A program made the translations under genes and the position numbers. A stretch of DNA of 63,136 bases, counting the filler, from Chiloscyllium plagiosum (taxonomy: Eukaryota): the NCBI RefSeq assembly GCF_004010195.1. It is 6 parts of one record of this genome, joined end to end, with 100 filler letters (N's around TTAATTAATTAA, not from the genome) between each part and the next. Parts side by side here need not be neighbours in the genome. Positions count along the whole stretch, not along the records: positions 32,611 to 41,570 come from NC_057715.1; positions 41,671 to 48,797 come from NC_057715.1; positions 48,898 to 57,375 come from NC_057715.1; 3 more parts are not named here. The stretch is one strand, 5' to 3'. A model generated the notes under the pieces. The model was not told where the DNA came from. It searched no databases and saw only the letters and a list, made by a program, of their open reading frames with translations. Of this stretch, positions 37,130-49,486 are shown one piece after another (position 1 is the first letter of the stretch; each line of letters opens with the position of its first letter).

Positions 37130-37590
37130 GCTTAAACTGGGATCAAGGGAGAGTCAAAGACCAGAGGGCAGAGTCTCAGAATTAAAGGGTGCCAAATTTT
37201 GGTCTGAGATGAGGAGGAATTTCTTCTCACAGATTGTTGTGAATCTTAGTGCGCATTGTAGGGGCAGAGTCTTTGTGTATATTTAAGACTGAGATAGGAA
37301 GATTTTTGATCAGAGGGAGAATCAAGGATTATGCGAAAAGGCCAGGAAAGTGGACATGATCAGCTGTGGGGAGAAAGTGAGGTCTGCAGATGCTGGAGAT
37401 CAAAGTTGAAACTTTATTGCTGGAACAGCACAGCAGGTCAGGCAGCATCCAGGGAACAGGAGATTCGACGTTTCGGGAAGGGCCTGTGCCCGAAACGTCG
37501 AATCTCCTGTTCCCTAAAATGATCAGCTGTGGACTGATTGTAGAACATAGCAGATACAAGGGGCTGAATGGCCAACTCCTGTTCCTTTTG
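37130..37590 (+). mobile_element. CR1 3' end, interrupted by a PLE fragment
   Basis: EMRRNFFSQIVVNL motif and CR1 3'UTR (ggggctgaatggccaactcctgttcc). Confidence 0.75.
37370..37518 (-). mobile_element. Fold-back PLE pLTR insertion, 14-bp TSD
   Basis: ATGATCAGCTGTGG at 37356-37369 and 37519-37532; perfect 27-bp internal inverted repeat. Confidence 0.85.
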
Positions 37591-39949
37591 TTATCTCCCT
37601 TCCCTTTCTCAAACATTTTCTTTGTAGATTTAAGTTCATCAGTTGCTGTTTGACACAGAACGCTGTCCACTGCTAATGATTCGCATTGAACTTTGAGATT
37701 TCAATATTTCAGTTAAAAAGAGTCATTTTGTATGTTTACAGCAACACTGGCTTCTGTCAATTTCTCCAGAGCATTGGCTATCCCTGGATATGGCATGCAG
37801 AATCTTTCTGTAATATTTTCCTTTTCAGCAGTGAGTTCCTGTTTTTTGTCCTAATCACAGCCTTGCTTCTTCCTGTTCTTGAAGCAGTTGTCTTTATTTG
37901 CTTTCTGTTACCTCATTGGGCAACTGAAATTCCATCAGTAGCTCACTTTTACTGCAGCATGGGACTTGAAGGTCTTTGTTTTCTTTCATTGACTTATCAA
38001 ATAGCTGGTGAAAATACGTGACTTCCCTCAAAAGCATTCCTTTTCAATTCCTTAAGATTCCTTTTGTAGATCATATTCTACTGTATCTCCTCAAAATCCT
38101 ATCTGCAGCCAAAAATATTGAATTTTCCAATAGGAGCTCCTCATGCCTTGGTTGTGAAATCATACTTTCCAAAAATGCCTTCCTGGTGATAGAAAGTACA
38201 TCCAGTTGTGGTTCTGCTTTGATAAATAAATGGGAATGGTAGCTTCAGTGGAACTGCAATGAGAAATACACCTCTGCATTTACACTGTCCTCAAGGGCAA
38301 TAGGAAGATAAGAGAACTCTGCTTTCATGACACTGGCCTGCATTCATTCCCATTTGCCCTTTCCCCACAAATGTATGTCTAAGAAATTGTCTTGCATTGG
38401 CCACTATCATGCCTGTAATGTCTCCTGAAGAGTGAATGAGTGAATGAAAAGAGTAATCATTTGTGGTCAAAGGAATGGAATATCATCAACAAAAACTGGC
38501 TCACAACATAGTGAAGGAACTGCAGCATCCTCTGCTACTTCTGACCACAGGTGTTTCAGAGCCAGATAATCTCCTTCACTTAACAAAGAAAAGTGATGAG
38601 CGACTTACAAAGTGTTGGTGATTTCTATCCCAGTCATCTGCCCTAGCACATGATTTGGAACAGATCCAAGACCTTGAAACTAATTGTTATGCATTGAAGG
38701 AGCTCAAGTCTGAAGCATGATGTAGAAACTAAAATTAGATACTGCAGTTGTGAGTTCCAAATAAAATCAATGACCTCTCCATTAGCCGTGATGTTAATGA
38801 AGTAGATTTCACAGACATACCAGATGAATTCTAAGTTGTAGAGGTCACCTTGCAGCTCTCCAACCTCCCCACGGAAGGATACATTTTGGTCCTCACCACG
38901 CATTAGTCCTTGCTCAGCGAACAAGTCGCACTGTTCAGTTGAGCGTTGCAATGGTGAGCTGGTATTGTGAAATGAGCTGTCTTGCGTTGCTGAAATATCT
39001 CTGTATTAATGGCTGGACAAACCTCCTGCTGATGGGGTTCTTTCTGGTCATTGGCATGTGGAGCTGAAGCAATGGCAGCAATAGCATGCTCATTCTTTCC
39101 ATGCTTTATCAGTGGACTTTCAGTGTGTGCTTTTGTCCTCATCTCCATTACCACCTTTGGGTCACCATTATCAGCATTCACTTGCTAATAACTATAATTG
39201 TCCACCTAGGAAATTGAGTGTCACTGGTCACTACCTTGGAGTAGCTTCATCATCACAAATCATAACACGATCACCTGACGAACATATCAAATTTTTAAAT
39301 CCAGTATGCTTGTTAAAAGAGGACTGCTATAGCCAGACAAATGATTGTAAATTCAGTGTCAATCTGGAGAGAAAGGCCACAGCTGAGGAGGATCCAGGAA
39401 GCTTCAAAGCGATGGACTTATAAGATGAGAAATCCATTACAAACTGAACCGTAATCTCTAGGAAGTTATTTCAAACTATGAACATGATAGGAGAAAAGGC
39501 AACAATCTTGGTGAGAAACATGCCTTCCCTTCCAAGACTGTACAAGAACAGGGGTTAAAAGCCATTTCAACCCTGTTGTGTTTGTGCTATTTTATGCTAA
39601 TAAGCTGAAGTACCCATGTGTACCAGCCTGGGTTTGACTGTTCAACTACAGAAACAACCCATTGACACTGCTCTGTATATCTTTCAACTAATTTTTTAAC
39701 TCATCACTTCTCATTGCTAATCTGCTGCGGGTATGGTGTATTGCATAATTATTTCCTCTCATGTTTAGTAACTGATAAACTCAGGCTTTTGTTTACTCAA
39801 GAAAACCTAGTTAAATTGGCTCCATTTAAAACATACGTTCATTGGATGTGGGATAAACAAATCCTTTATAAATTAGGCAACTAAGGGGGGAGGGTGAGTT
39901 AAGAACTGGACTCAGTATAACTCTTCTCAGCCAGGGTGTGGCAGTGGGG

Positions 39950-40800
39950 TTATTCTGCTTCTAACAGTAATAAATTTGGGAATCGCATCTAGAGTCTGGT
40001 CACAATGGTAGCAGTCAAACAGTTAGATAAATGATGCTTTGATGTGCTTGTGGATTTTTTGTCAAGTGGTAGCTCTCCAGCTGACTTTTTGTTTGTCACT
40101 TTTTGTAGGCTGGGCTGAGAGCTTCTAGGTATATTCCAGCCATTCTTCCAGTGCCTCCCACAAACAGTCTTGCTGATCAGTCTTGGAGCTTTGTCTCTGG
40201 TCATGGCATTGATGAACTCTGAGAATGTCTTACCACTTTTGCTCCAGGCCTTGCCCAAGGGTTCCTGCTGTGCTACTTTGAATGTTAGCAACACCAATGA
40301 GGTCAACCAAGGATTCAGTGCTACCTGCTACTACCATGTTTAGAGCTGGCTCTAGAATGGATCTTTGCCACAAAGAGTCTTCATTAATCTATATTCAGTA
40401 TTTATTAGGTATGTAAGTAAGACCTTTCTGAGAACCCTGCTGCTCTGGTCTAGTCTCCATCTGTTTCGATTTTAGCAACCATCATTAATGATTTATGCTA
40501 TTCTCCAGTATAACAGAACTTAACCATTATCGTCTAGCACTCAGCTGACACAACGAAGGACTGTAAATGTCCTTAAATAGTTAAAGGGAAGGAAGCAGCA
40601 TATTTCTGCTTGTCATCGTTATTTAGGGAGTATGAGTTGAAAGTTGTGTCTGTGCATGTATTATGGCCATTATCAGGCTTGGTGACACTGGCTTTCCAGA
40701 TTAGATAGAAAGAATATGTGCTGAGGCAAGACACTGGAGAGCTGTGATGTGGTACAGAATTACATTCAACTAGAAAGCACTTTCAGAAGAATAGGAATGA
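39950..40800 (-). mobile_element. Possible ancient RTE-type LINE C-terminal fragment
   Basis: Minus-strand remnants resembling WE.L... and a terminal F.C..C motif. Heavily decayed. Confidence 0.3.
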
Positions 40801-41159
40801 AATGTGGGAATAAAAGCTTTCAGAAATTCTTCTAACACAAAAATAGTAAGTGCTGGAGAAATTCAACAGATCTGGTAGCAACTGTGGAGAAAAATAAACA
40901 GAGCTAACGTTTCAAATCAACTGATTCTTCATCAGTTTTGATATGTTTTTATATATATTGCCATGATACGAGAAATATCTCCATATCTCCACTCAACTTT
41001 ACTTGGGCAGACATCATCAAGTCAAGATTTGATCATGCTACACACTCCATGTTTCCTCATTGCAGTTTTAATTCGAAGTAGATGGTGCTTTTCAACATTA
41101 CATCTTTCTGAATTTTTAAGGAGCCAATTGGTTTGCATTCATGGAAACATACTCAATAG

Positions 41160-41570
41160 AGACGTCTCGGACCGTGTCTTCAGAATCCTTAAGGGGGAGA
41201 GTGTGCAGCCAGAAGTCGTGGTGCACTTTGGCACCAACGACATAGGTAGGAAGAGGGGTGGGGAGGTCATTCAAGAGCTCAGTGAGTTAGGCTGGAAGCC
41301 AAAAGCTAGGACAGACAGAGTCGTCATCTCTGGGTTGTTGCCGGTGCCACGTGACAGTGAGGCAAGGAATAGGGAGAGAGTGCAGTTGAACACGTGGCTG
41401 CAAGGATGGTGTAGGAGGGAGGGCTTCAGGTATTTGGACAATTGGACTGCATTCTGGCGAAGGTGGGACCTGTACAAGCAGGACGGGTTGCACCAGCACC
41501 AGAAGGGCACCAATATCCTGGGAGGTAGGTTTGCTAGCAATCTTCGGGGGGGTTTAAACTAATTTGGCAG
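41160..41570 (+). mobile_element. Young CR1 ORF1 SGNH/GDSL esterase domain
   Basis: VVVHFGTNDIG...VVISGLLPVP...LNTWLQGWCRREGFRYLDNW...YKQDGLH in ORF 40963-41562. Confidence 0.9.
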
Positions 41571-41670
41571 NNNNNNNNNNNNNNNNNNNNNNNNNNNNNN
41601 NNNNNNNNNNNNNNTTAATTAATTAANNNNNNNNNNNNNNNNNNNNNNNNNNNNNNNNNNNNNNNNNNNN
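41571..41670. other. Artificial contig spacer
   Basis: 44N-TTAATTAATTAA-44N. Confidence 0.97.
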
Positions 41671-41857
41671 CCCTACCCCACCCTCCTCTCCCTTATCTCT
41701 CCACCCTTCAGGCTCTCTGCCTGTATTCCTGATGAAGGGCTTTTGCCCGAAACGTTGATTTTACTGCTCCTCGGATGCTGCCTGAACTGCTGTGCTTTTC
41801 CAGCACCACTCTAATCTAAACTCTGGTTTCCAGCATCTGCAGTCATTGTTTTTACCT
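41671..41857 (+). mobile_element. PLE pLTR with hammerhead-like core (41729-41756)
   Basis: CTGATGA-A-GGGC(TTTT)GCCC-GAAA-CG-TT followed by the usual pLTR end. Confidence 0.8.
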
Positions 41858-42384
41858 ACTTCTATTAAATAGGAAAACTGTCTAACTGTTCTGCTTACTT
41901 GGGCTTTTGCATATCCTTGTGGTCAAAATTTAAGGTTTCCCATATTCTGCAGGAAGAAGATTGTAGTTTCTCACTTTTGTAATGGTCCAACAAACATTTC
42001 ATCCTCTTGCAGATTTTGCTTCTTGAGAAAATCTGTAACAGTTGGGTAGGATAAGACTTGAAGCTGCTTCTAGTCCATGTTGTTTCTTATCTGCTTCCTT
42101 TCCAGGTCTGAAATAAATGCTTTAACCTGGAGTGACATTTTTTACCTTGACAATCATTTCACAAACCGTTTCCTACTAACTGCTTGTCAGTTTGAGCTGC
42201 TGACTTTTTGTGTGACCAGTTTGTAAAGTACTTAAACTGAGGTCGAGTGGTCTAACTTTGAGCCAGGAGGCCTGAGTTCAAGTCCTACCTGCTCCAGATA
42301 TGTATGATAACATCTCTGAACAGGTTGCTTAGTAAAATATCTGTGTTAAATAGTCACAGGTTCAAATCCCCCCAATCCAGCAAA

Positions 42385-45300
42385 CTCAGCCGATATCGGA
42401 CAATGGGAGCAGAATTAACATAGTTGTTATCTCTGGTTCATTGTCCATGCCAAGTGCAAACAAAGCAAGGAATAGAGAGAGAGAGGAGTTCAACATGTGG
42501 CTACAGAGATGATGCAGGGAGGGAGGGAGGATTTCGGATACTTGGATAATTGGGCTCATTCTGTGGTGGATGGACATCTACAAACAGGATGGTCTACACC
42601 TGAACCAGATGAGTACCAATATCTTGCGGGGGAATTTGTTAACGCTCTTCAGAATGGGGATGGGAACCTAAATTGTTGTGTCAGTTTCCAGGAGGTTGAG
42701 GGTAGTGAAGTCAGAAATGAGATTTCAAGGTTGCAAGAGTTCACCAGTAAGCAGGAAGGTGGTTTGAAGTGTGTCTACTTCAATGCCAGAAGCATTCGGA
42801 ATAAGGTGGGTGAACTTGCAGCAGGGGTTGGTACCTGGGACTTCGATGGTGTGGCCATTTCGGAGACATGGGTAGAGCAGAGCCTGGAATGGTTGTTGCA
42901 GGTTCCAGGATTTAAATGTTTCAGTAAGAACAGAGAAGGTGACAAAAGAGGGGGAGGTGTGACATTGTTCGTCAAGGAAAATATTACTGAGCTAATATGG
43001 GCTGAGGTTAGAAAAAGGAAAGGAGAGGTCACCCTCTTGGGAGTTTTCTATAGGCCTCTGAATAGTTCCAGAGATGCAGAGGAAAGGATAGCAAAGATAA
43101 TTCTGGATAGGAGCAAGAGTAACATGGTAGTTATTATAGGGAACTTTAATTTTCCAAATATTGACTGGAAATACTATAGTTCGAGTACTTTAGATGGGTC
43201 AGTTTTTGTCCAAGGTGTGCAGGAGGCTTTCCTGACACAGTATGTAGACAGGCCAACAAGGGGCGAGGCCACATTGGATTTGGTACTGGGTAATGAACCA
43301 GGCAAGGTGTTAAATTTAGAGATAGGCGAGTACTTTGGTGATAGTGACCACAATTTGACCATATTTACTTTAGCGATGGAAAGGGATAGGCATAGAACAC
43401 AAGGCAAGAGTTATTGCTTTGGATTAGGCAAGATTTAGGAAGCATAGGATAGGCACAATTGAAATGTGGAGCTTATTTAAGGAACAGCTACTGTGTGTCC
43501 ATGATAAGTATGTACCTGTCAGACAGGGAGGAAGTGGTCAAGCAAGGGAGCCATGGTTTACTAAAGATCTCTTGTCAAGAGGAAGAAGAAGGCTTATGTT
43601 AGGATGAGTCATGGAGGCTCCATTTGGGCACTTGAAATTTTCAAGATAGCCAGGAAAGGCCTAAAGAGAGAGCTAAGGAGGACCAGGAGGGGACATGAGG
43701 AGTCATTGGCAGATAGGATCAAAGAAAACCATAAAGCTTTCTATTGATATATCAGGAATAAAAAATGACTAGAGAAAGATTAGGGCCAATGAAGGATAAT
43801 AGTGGGAAGTTGTGTGTGGAGTCAGAGGAGATAGGGTAGCGCTAAATGAATATTTTTCATCAGTACACACACTGGAAAAAGACAATGTTGTTAAGAATAA
43901 TACTGAGATACAGGCTACTAGACGAGACATGATTGAGGTTCACAAGGAGGAAGTGTTAGCAATTCTGGAAAGTGTGAAAATAATTAACTCCCTGGGAAGC
44001 CAGGGAGGAGATTGCATAGCTTTTGGCTTTGATCTTTATGTCATCATTGACTACAGGAATAGTGCCAGAAGACTGGAAGATAGCAAATTTTTTCCCTTGT
44101 TCAAGAAGAGGAGTAGAGACAACGCGAGTAATTATAGACCTGTGAGCCTTACTTCGGTTGTGGGTGAAGTGTTGGAAAACGTTATAAGAGATGAATTTAT
44201 AATCATGTTGCAAGGAATAAGTTGATTAGGGATAGTTTTGTGAAAGTTAATTCGAGTTTCCTACACTTTATTGAATTCTTTGAGAAGGTGACCAAACAGA
44301 TGGGTGAGGGTAAAACGGTTGCTGTGGTATTTATGGTTTTCAGTAAGGCATTTGATAAGGTGCCCCATGGTAGGCTATTGCACAAAATACAGAGGGATTG
44401 AGGATGATTTAACAGTTTGGATCAGAAATTGGCTAGCTGTAAGAAGACAGAGGGTGGTGGTTAATGAGAAGTGTTCATCCTGGAGTTCAGTTACTCGTGG
44501 TGTACCGCAACTATCTGTTTTGGGGCCACTGCTGTTTGTCATTTTTGTAAATGACCTGGATGAGGGCGTAGAAGGATGGGTTAGTAAATTTGCAGATGAC
44601 ACTACAGTCGATGGAGTTGTGGATAGTGCTAAAGAATGTTGCAGGTTACAGAAAGACATAGATAAGCTGCAGAGCTGGGTTGAGAGGTGGCAAAGAGAGT
44701 TTAATATGGAAAAGTGCAAGGTGAATCACTTTGGAAGGAGTAACAGGAATAAAGAGTACTGGGCTAATGGTAAAATTCTTGGTAATGCAGATGAACAGAG
44801 AGATCTTGGTGACCATATCCATAGATCCCTGAAAGTTGCCACCCAGGTTGATAGAATTTTTAATAAGGCATATGGTTTGTTAGCTTTTGTTGGTAGAGAG
44901 ATTGAGTTTCGGAGCCACGAGGTCCTGCTGCAGCTGTGCAAAACTGGCCGCAAATTCAGTATTGTATACAGTTCTGGTAACCACATTATAGGAAGGATGT
45001 GTAAGCTTTGGAAAGGGTGTAGAGGAGATTTACTAGGATGTTGCCTGGTATGGAGGGAAGGTCTTATCTAGGATGTTGCCTGGTATGGAGGGAAGGTCTT
45101 ATGAGGAAAGGCAGAGGGACGTGAGGCTGTTTTCATTAGAGAGAAGAAGGTTGAGAGGTGACTTATTTAAGACGTTTAAGATAATCAGATGGTTAAATAG
45201 TATGGACAGTGAGTGCCTTTTTCCTGAGATGGTGATGACGAGCACAAGGGGACATAGCTTTAAATTGAAGGGTGATATTTATTGGACAGACGTCAGAGGT

Positions 45301-45512
45301 GGTTTCTTTACTCAGAGAGTAGTAGGGGTATGGAACGCACTGCCTGCAACAGTAGTAGACTCAATGTCTTTAAGGGCATTTAAATGGTCATTGAATAAAC
45401 ATATGGATGAAAATGGAATAGTGTAGGATAGATAGGTTTCGTATTGGTTCCTCATGATGGTGCAACATCGAGGGCTGAATGGCCTCTATTGTGTTGTAAT
45501 ATTCTATGTTCT
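42385..45512 (+). mobile_element. CR1 LINE, end of ORF1 + frameshifted ORF2 (EN, RT) + 3'UTR
   Basis: LKCVYFNARSIRNK, AISETW, GNFNFPNIDW, GDSDHN; GVPQLSVLGPLLFVIFVNDLD, SKFADDT. 35-bp tandem duplication at 45033-45102. Confidence 0.92.
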
Positions 45513-45644
45513 AAATTGGAGAAGCAAAATACAATGTAAAGTCTTTAAAGCTGTAAACTCACTCGATGATCTGGCAATTTGTTCTTCTAAAGTTTTTTTC
45601 ATCATTGTACAGCTGCCATTAAGTAATGATGCCCACAGCTGATC

Positions 45645-45955
45645 CCAACGCCTCATCTTCACCATGGACATCCAGTCCCTGTACACCTCCATCCCCCATC
45701 ACAAAGGACTCAAAGCACTCCGCTTCTTCCTTTCCCGCCGTACCACCCAGTACCCTTCCACCGACACCCTCCTTCGACTGACCGAACTGGTCCTCACCCT
45801 GAACAACCTTTCTTTCCAATCCTCCCACTTTCTCCAAACAAAAGGAGTAGCCATGGGCACCCGCATGGGCCCCAGCTATGCCTGCCTCTTCGTAGGGTAT
45901 GTGGAACAATCCATCTTCCGCAAAAACACTGGCCGCACCCCCCCACCTTTTCCGT
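45645..45955 (+). mobile_element. PLE reverse transcriptase fragment
   Basis: FTMDIQSLYTSIPH...LVLTLNN...LQTKGVAMGTRMGPSYACLFVGYVE (ORF 45664-45957). Confidence 0.9.
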
Positions 45956-46084
45956 GAGAGAAACTTAAGAGACTCTTAGATAGGCACATGGAACAAAGTA
46001 AATGGAAGCATGTAGGTTAGTCTGATCTTAGAGAAGATAAATGGCACAACGTCGAGGGATGAAGGTCCGAACTGCATGCATTCC

Positions 46085-46537
46085 TGTAGCACTGTGAGCT
46101 CAAAAACTGCATGAAGTCATGTAAAACTCCGTTATCTCACTTTTAGATGAGAATCAATCTAAACATCATGGCATAGAGAGAGAACACAGGGAGGCAACAC
46201 CGTCACCATATTGTCGAGCTCTTGTTAGCAGTTAACCTGAGAATGCAACTTTAAAAAAAAAGGTTTTGTGATTTTCATATGAAAGAAATTAAACTATCAT
46301 GGTATTCTAACATATGAAAGGCTAACAATCAAATTTTCAATATATAATTTCAGTTACATCACACTGCAAATTTGTCCTATAAATTCTGTGTTAGGATTGA
46401 GCCCTCCACTATCACCTGATGAAGGAGCGATGCTGCGAAAGCTCGAGTGCTTCCAATGAAACCTGTTGGACTATCACCTGGTGTTGTGTGATTTTTAACT
46501 TTGTACACCCCATTCCCACACCAGCATCTTCAAATCA
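46085..46537 (+). mobile_element. PLE family 2 pLTR
   Basis: CTGATGAAGGAGCGATGCTGCGAAAGCT hammerhead-like core near 46416 and the tail aaacctgttggacta.cacctggtgttgtgtgattttt. A reverse copy lies at 56045-56480. Confidence 0.7.
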
Positions 46538-46944
46538 GGACTGTTCTTTGTTCTGTGCTCTATGAAAGTGCTCAAGTAGACTTGGACATTGAGGAAGATT
46601 TGAGACTTGGAGCAGGTCAGACTGGTCTTAGTGAAGGGCAAGGCCGGCTTAGGATGTGAATGGCCTGCCCCTGTTTCTGATGTTCTCCCATTCTGTTATT
46701 GGAAAGTTAGTTGGTGTTATTTTCCTTGAAGGTCTTTTACGGAATGTTGCAATCAGTGATACCAGCGGATTTTGTGAGCCGTCGCTGGGTGAGTTTTGGG
46801 GCCTGTATTCACAGTGAATCTGGGTCTCCAACATGAACAACAAATTACGCACAAGTTACAAAGAGGGGCAGCCATTGCTAGCAGGTTTGAGGGGTTGAAT
46901 GGAATGCAGAAACATAGGACTGAGGAGCAGGAGTGGGTCATTAG

Positions 46945-47127
46945 AGAATTTGAGCCTTCTCGGGCACAGGCCCTTCTTCAGGAAGAAGAAGCCCGAAACA
47001 GGCCCTTCTTTGGCCTGTGCCCGAAACGTCGAATCTCCTGTTTCCTGGATGCTGCCTGACCTGCTGTGCTGTTCCAGCAATAAAGTTTCAACTTTGATCT
47101 CCAGCATCTGCAGACCTCACTTTCTCC
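46945..47127 (+). mobile_element. PLE pLTR (same young subfamily as 37370-37518) with rearranged hammerhead region
   Basis: 47020-47127 is the reverse complement of ~37370-37477, with one mismatch seen. Confidence 0.85.
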
Positions 47128-48152
47128 ACAGCTGATCACCAGGTAGTACTTATGGGTAGCAGGATAATGCCACCATTTCTCCTTCCTTGACTGACTCTAA
47201 AGACTTTTTTGGTAGACAGCAGTGGAAGAACCCCGTCTGCAGAGGTATTGTATCTACCCCTCGGCTGGGGGGCTTGGGTTCAAGTTCCACCGGCTCCAAA
47301 GGTGTCTGACAGCAACGCTGAACAGATTGATAAATATACTTTTTACAGTAGAGTAGCAGCCAGTAGTCAATCTTAACAAGAAAGTGTTAACAAGGTGCAG
47401 CTTATTGCAAACAAAGCAATTAAGTTCTTCTATAAATTTTGTTACTGAGGTTTTGAGGAGAATTGTGGATGTAGGCCTTTGCCCTGTGTGATCCTAAGAT
47501 GATATGACTTATTACTGTCCAAGTTTGTACATCATTATTAGAATGGATAGTGGTTAATGCAGTCTCCAACAACAACAATATATTCTTCTTTTAGTACAGA
47601 GATTATAAGTGTAAATAGTACTTCAGATGTGGTCTCACTGAAACTCTTTAATAACACGATAATTTCTGGACTCAGCTGTCATTTATATGTGTACTAAAAC
47701 AACAGTACATAGCAAAGTGTGAGTCTTGCCAATGAGAAATCCATTTGCTGGTTAGTCAACCATCACAAGCATTAGACATTATCCTCATTCCTGGACTCAG
47801 TTAATGGCCTCAGAAACTTTGCAGCATGGGTCATTGGATAATGATCAGGAATTTAACTTTTGGTTTATTTTATTTCTTATTTGGTCTAGGATTTCTGAGG
47901 AAATTGTAATGCTCCTAGCAACCCTTTAGTTGAAAATTGACAATAATACCCACAGGCTAATACCCTTTGTGATTAAAACGCTTTGAACAGTGCTTCCTAG
48001 CAAGATGTCTGAGAGTGCCCAACAACCAGTGATTGCTAAAAACAAGAAACACTTGCATTTATATAGTATAGATTGTATAACCTGTGTGACAAAGTGTGTC
48101 AGAAGCGATTGTATAGAGAGTTGCTGTTTATTATGGTGTTAATCTGAATTTT

Positions 48153-48797
48153 AGAACATAGAACATAGAACAATATAGCACAGAACAGGCCCTTCGGCCC
48201 ACGATGTTGTGCCGAACATTTGTCCTAGCTTAAGCACCCATCCATGTGCCTGTCCAATTGCCGCTTAAAGGTCACCAAAGATTCTGACTCTACCACTCCC
48301 ACAGGCAGCGCATTCCATGCCCCCACCACTCTCTGGGTAAAGAACCCACCCCTGACATCTCCCCTATACCTTCCACCCTTCACCTTAAATTTATGTCCCC
48401 TTGTAACACTCTGTTGTACCCTGGGAAAAAGTTTCTTGACTGTCTACTCTATCTATTCCTCTGATCATCTTATAAACCTCTATCAAGTCACCCCTCATCC
48501 TTCGCCGTTCCAACGAGAAAAGGCCGAGAACTCTCAACCTATCCTCGTACGACTTCCTCTCCATTCCAGGCAACATCCTGGTAAATCTTCTCTGCACCCT
48601 CTCCAAAGCTTCCACATCTTTCCTAAAGTGAGGCGACCAGAACTGCACACAGTACTCCAACTGTGGCCTAACCAAAGTCCTGTACAGCTGCAACATCACT
48701 TCACGACTCTTGAACTCAATCCCTCTGCTAATGAACGCTAATACACACCATAGGCCTTCTTACAAGCTCTATCCACCCGAGTGGCAACTTTCAAAGA
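48153..48797 (-). mobile_element. Young CR1 3' end
   Basis: LYRTLVRPQLEYCVQFWSPHFRKDVEALERVQRRFTRMLPG (ORF 48391-48699); (TATGTTC)n tail. Confidence 0.92.
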
Positions 48798-48897
48798 NNN
48801 NNNNNNNNNNNNNNNNNNNNNNNNNNNNNNNNNNNNNNNNNTTAATTAATTAANNNNNNNNNNNNNNNNNNNNNNNNNNNNNNNNNNNNNNNNNNNN
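48798..48897. other. Artificial contig spacer
   Basis: 44N-TTAATTAATTAA-44N. Confidence 0.97.
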
Positions 48898-49486
48898 TTC
48901 CCCCTGCTGCTCCTGCTCTTTCTGTAAAGAGAGAAAAAAACACCGCTGCCCGTTACCGGTAAGTAATTTTAAAACAAACTGTCTTACCTTAGCTGCTGCT
49001 CGCACTCAAAGTGACCGTTGGCGTCGAAGGGTGAGTATTTATACTCACTGCTTTCTTTCCCGGCTGCCTCTCTGGTCTTCGTCACTTCCCTCTGCTGCTC
49101 CCGCTCTTTCTTAGCTGCTGCTCGCACTCAAAGTGACCGTTGGCGTCGAAGGGTGAGTATTTATACTCACTGCTTTCTTTCCCGGCTGCCTCTCTGGTCT
49201 TCGTCACTTCCCTCTGCTGCTCCCGCTCTTTCTTAGCTGCTGCTCGCACTCAAAGTGACCGTTGGCGTCGAAGGGTGAGTATTTATACTCACTGCTTTCC
49301 TTCCCGGCTGCCCCTCCGGTCTTCGTCACTTCCCCCTGCTGCTCCCGCTCTTTCTGTAAAGAGAGAGAAAAAAAACACTGCTGCCCGCTACCGGTAAGTA
49401 ATTTTAAAACAAACTGTCTTACCTTAGCTGCTGCTCGCACTCAAAGTGACCGTTGGCGTCGAAGGGTGAGTATTTATACTCACTGC
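48898..49486 (-). repeat. Tandem monomer array of a CR1 5'UTR (122-bp and 191-bp units)
   Basis: Units start at 48989, 49111, 49233 and 49424. A related unit lies upstream of a CR1 ORF1 start at ~57810-57983. Confidence 0.8.

Noticed and set aside
35900..39450. Coding-looking stretches with faint Harbinger-like or coiled-coil resemblance
   Set aside because: Multiple stops and no motif I can pin down. An HMM search would be needed; not supportable by eye.
39900..40030. Minus-strand FDCYHCDQTL peptide resembling the first FHL2 half-LIM (FDCHHC)
   Set aside because: No start codon or acceptor, the frame diverges and stops, and the remaining LIM ligands are not in frame. Better explained as a decayed LINE C-terminus or chance.
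40963..41562. 199-aa ORF with an SGNH esterase domain as a possible host gene
   Set aside because: The esterase is the standard CR1 ORF1 domain, and the N-terminal third is read-in from flanking DNA.
45033..45102. 35-bp perfect tandem duplication in CR1 ORF2
   Set aside because: An ordinary local duplication that frameshifts an already dead copy.
48898..49486. Regularly spaced repeats with palindromes, and repeated MASKGEYL ORFs; superficially CRISPR-like
   Set aside because: The units are contiguous tandem copies with no unique spacers and no cas genes, in a eukaryotic context. The same unit is a CR1 5'UTR at 57810-57983.
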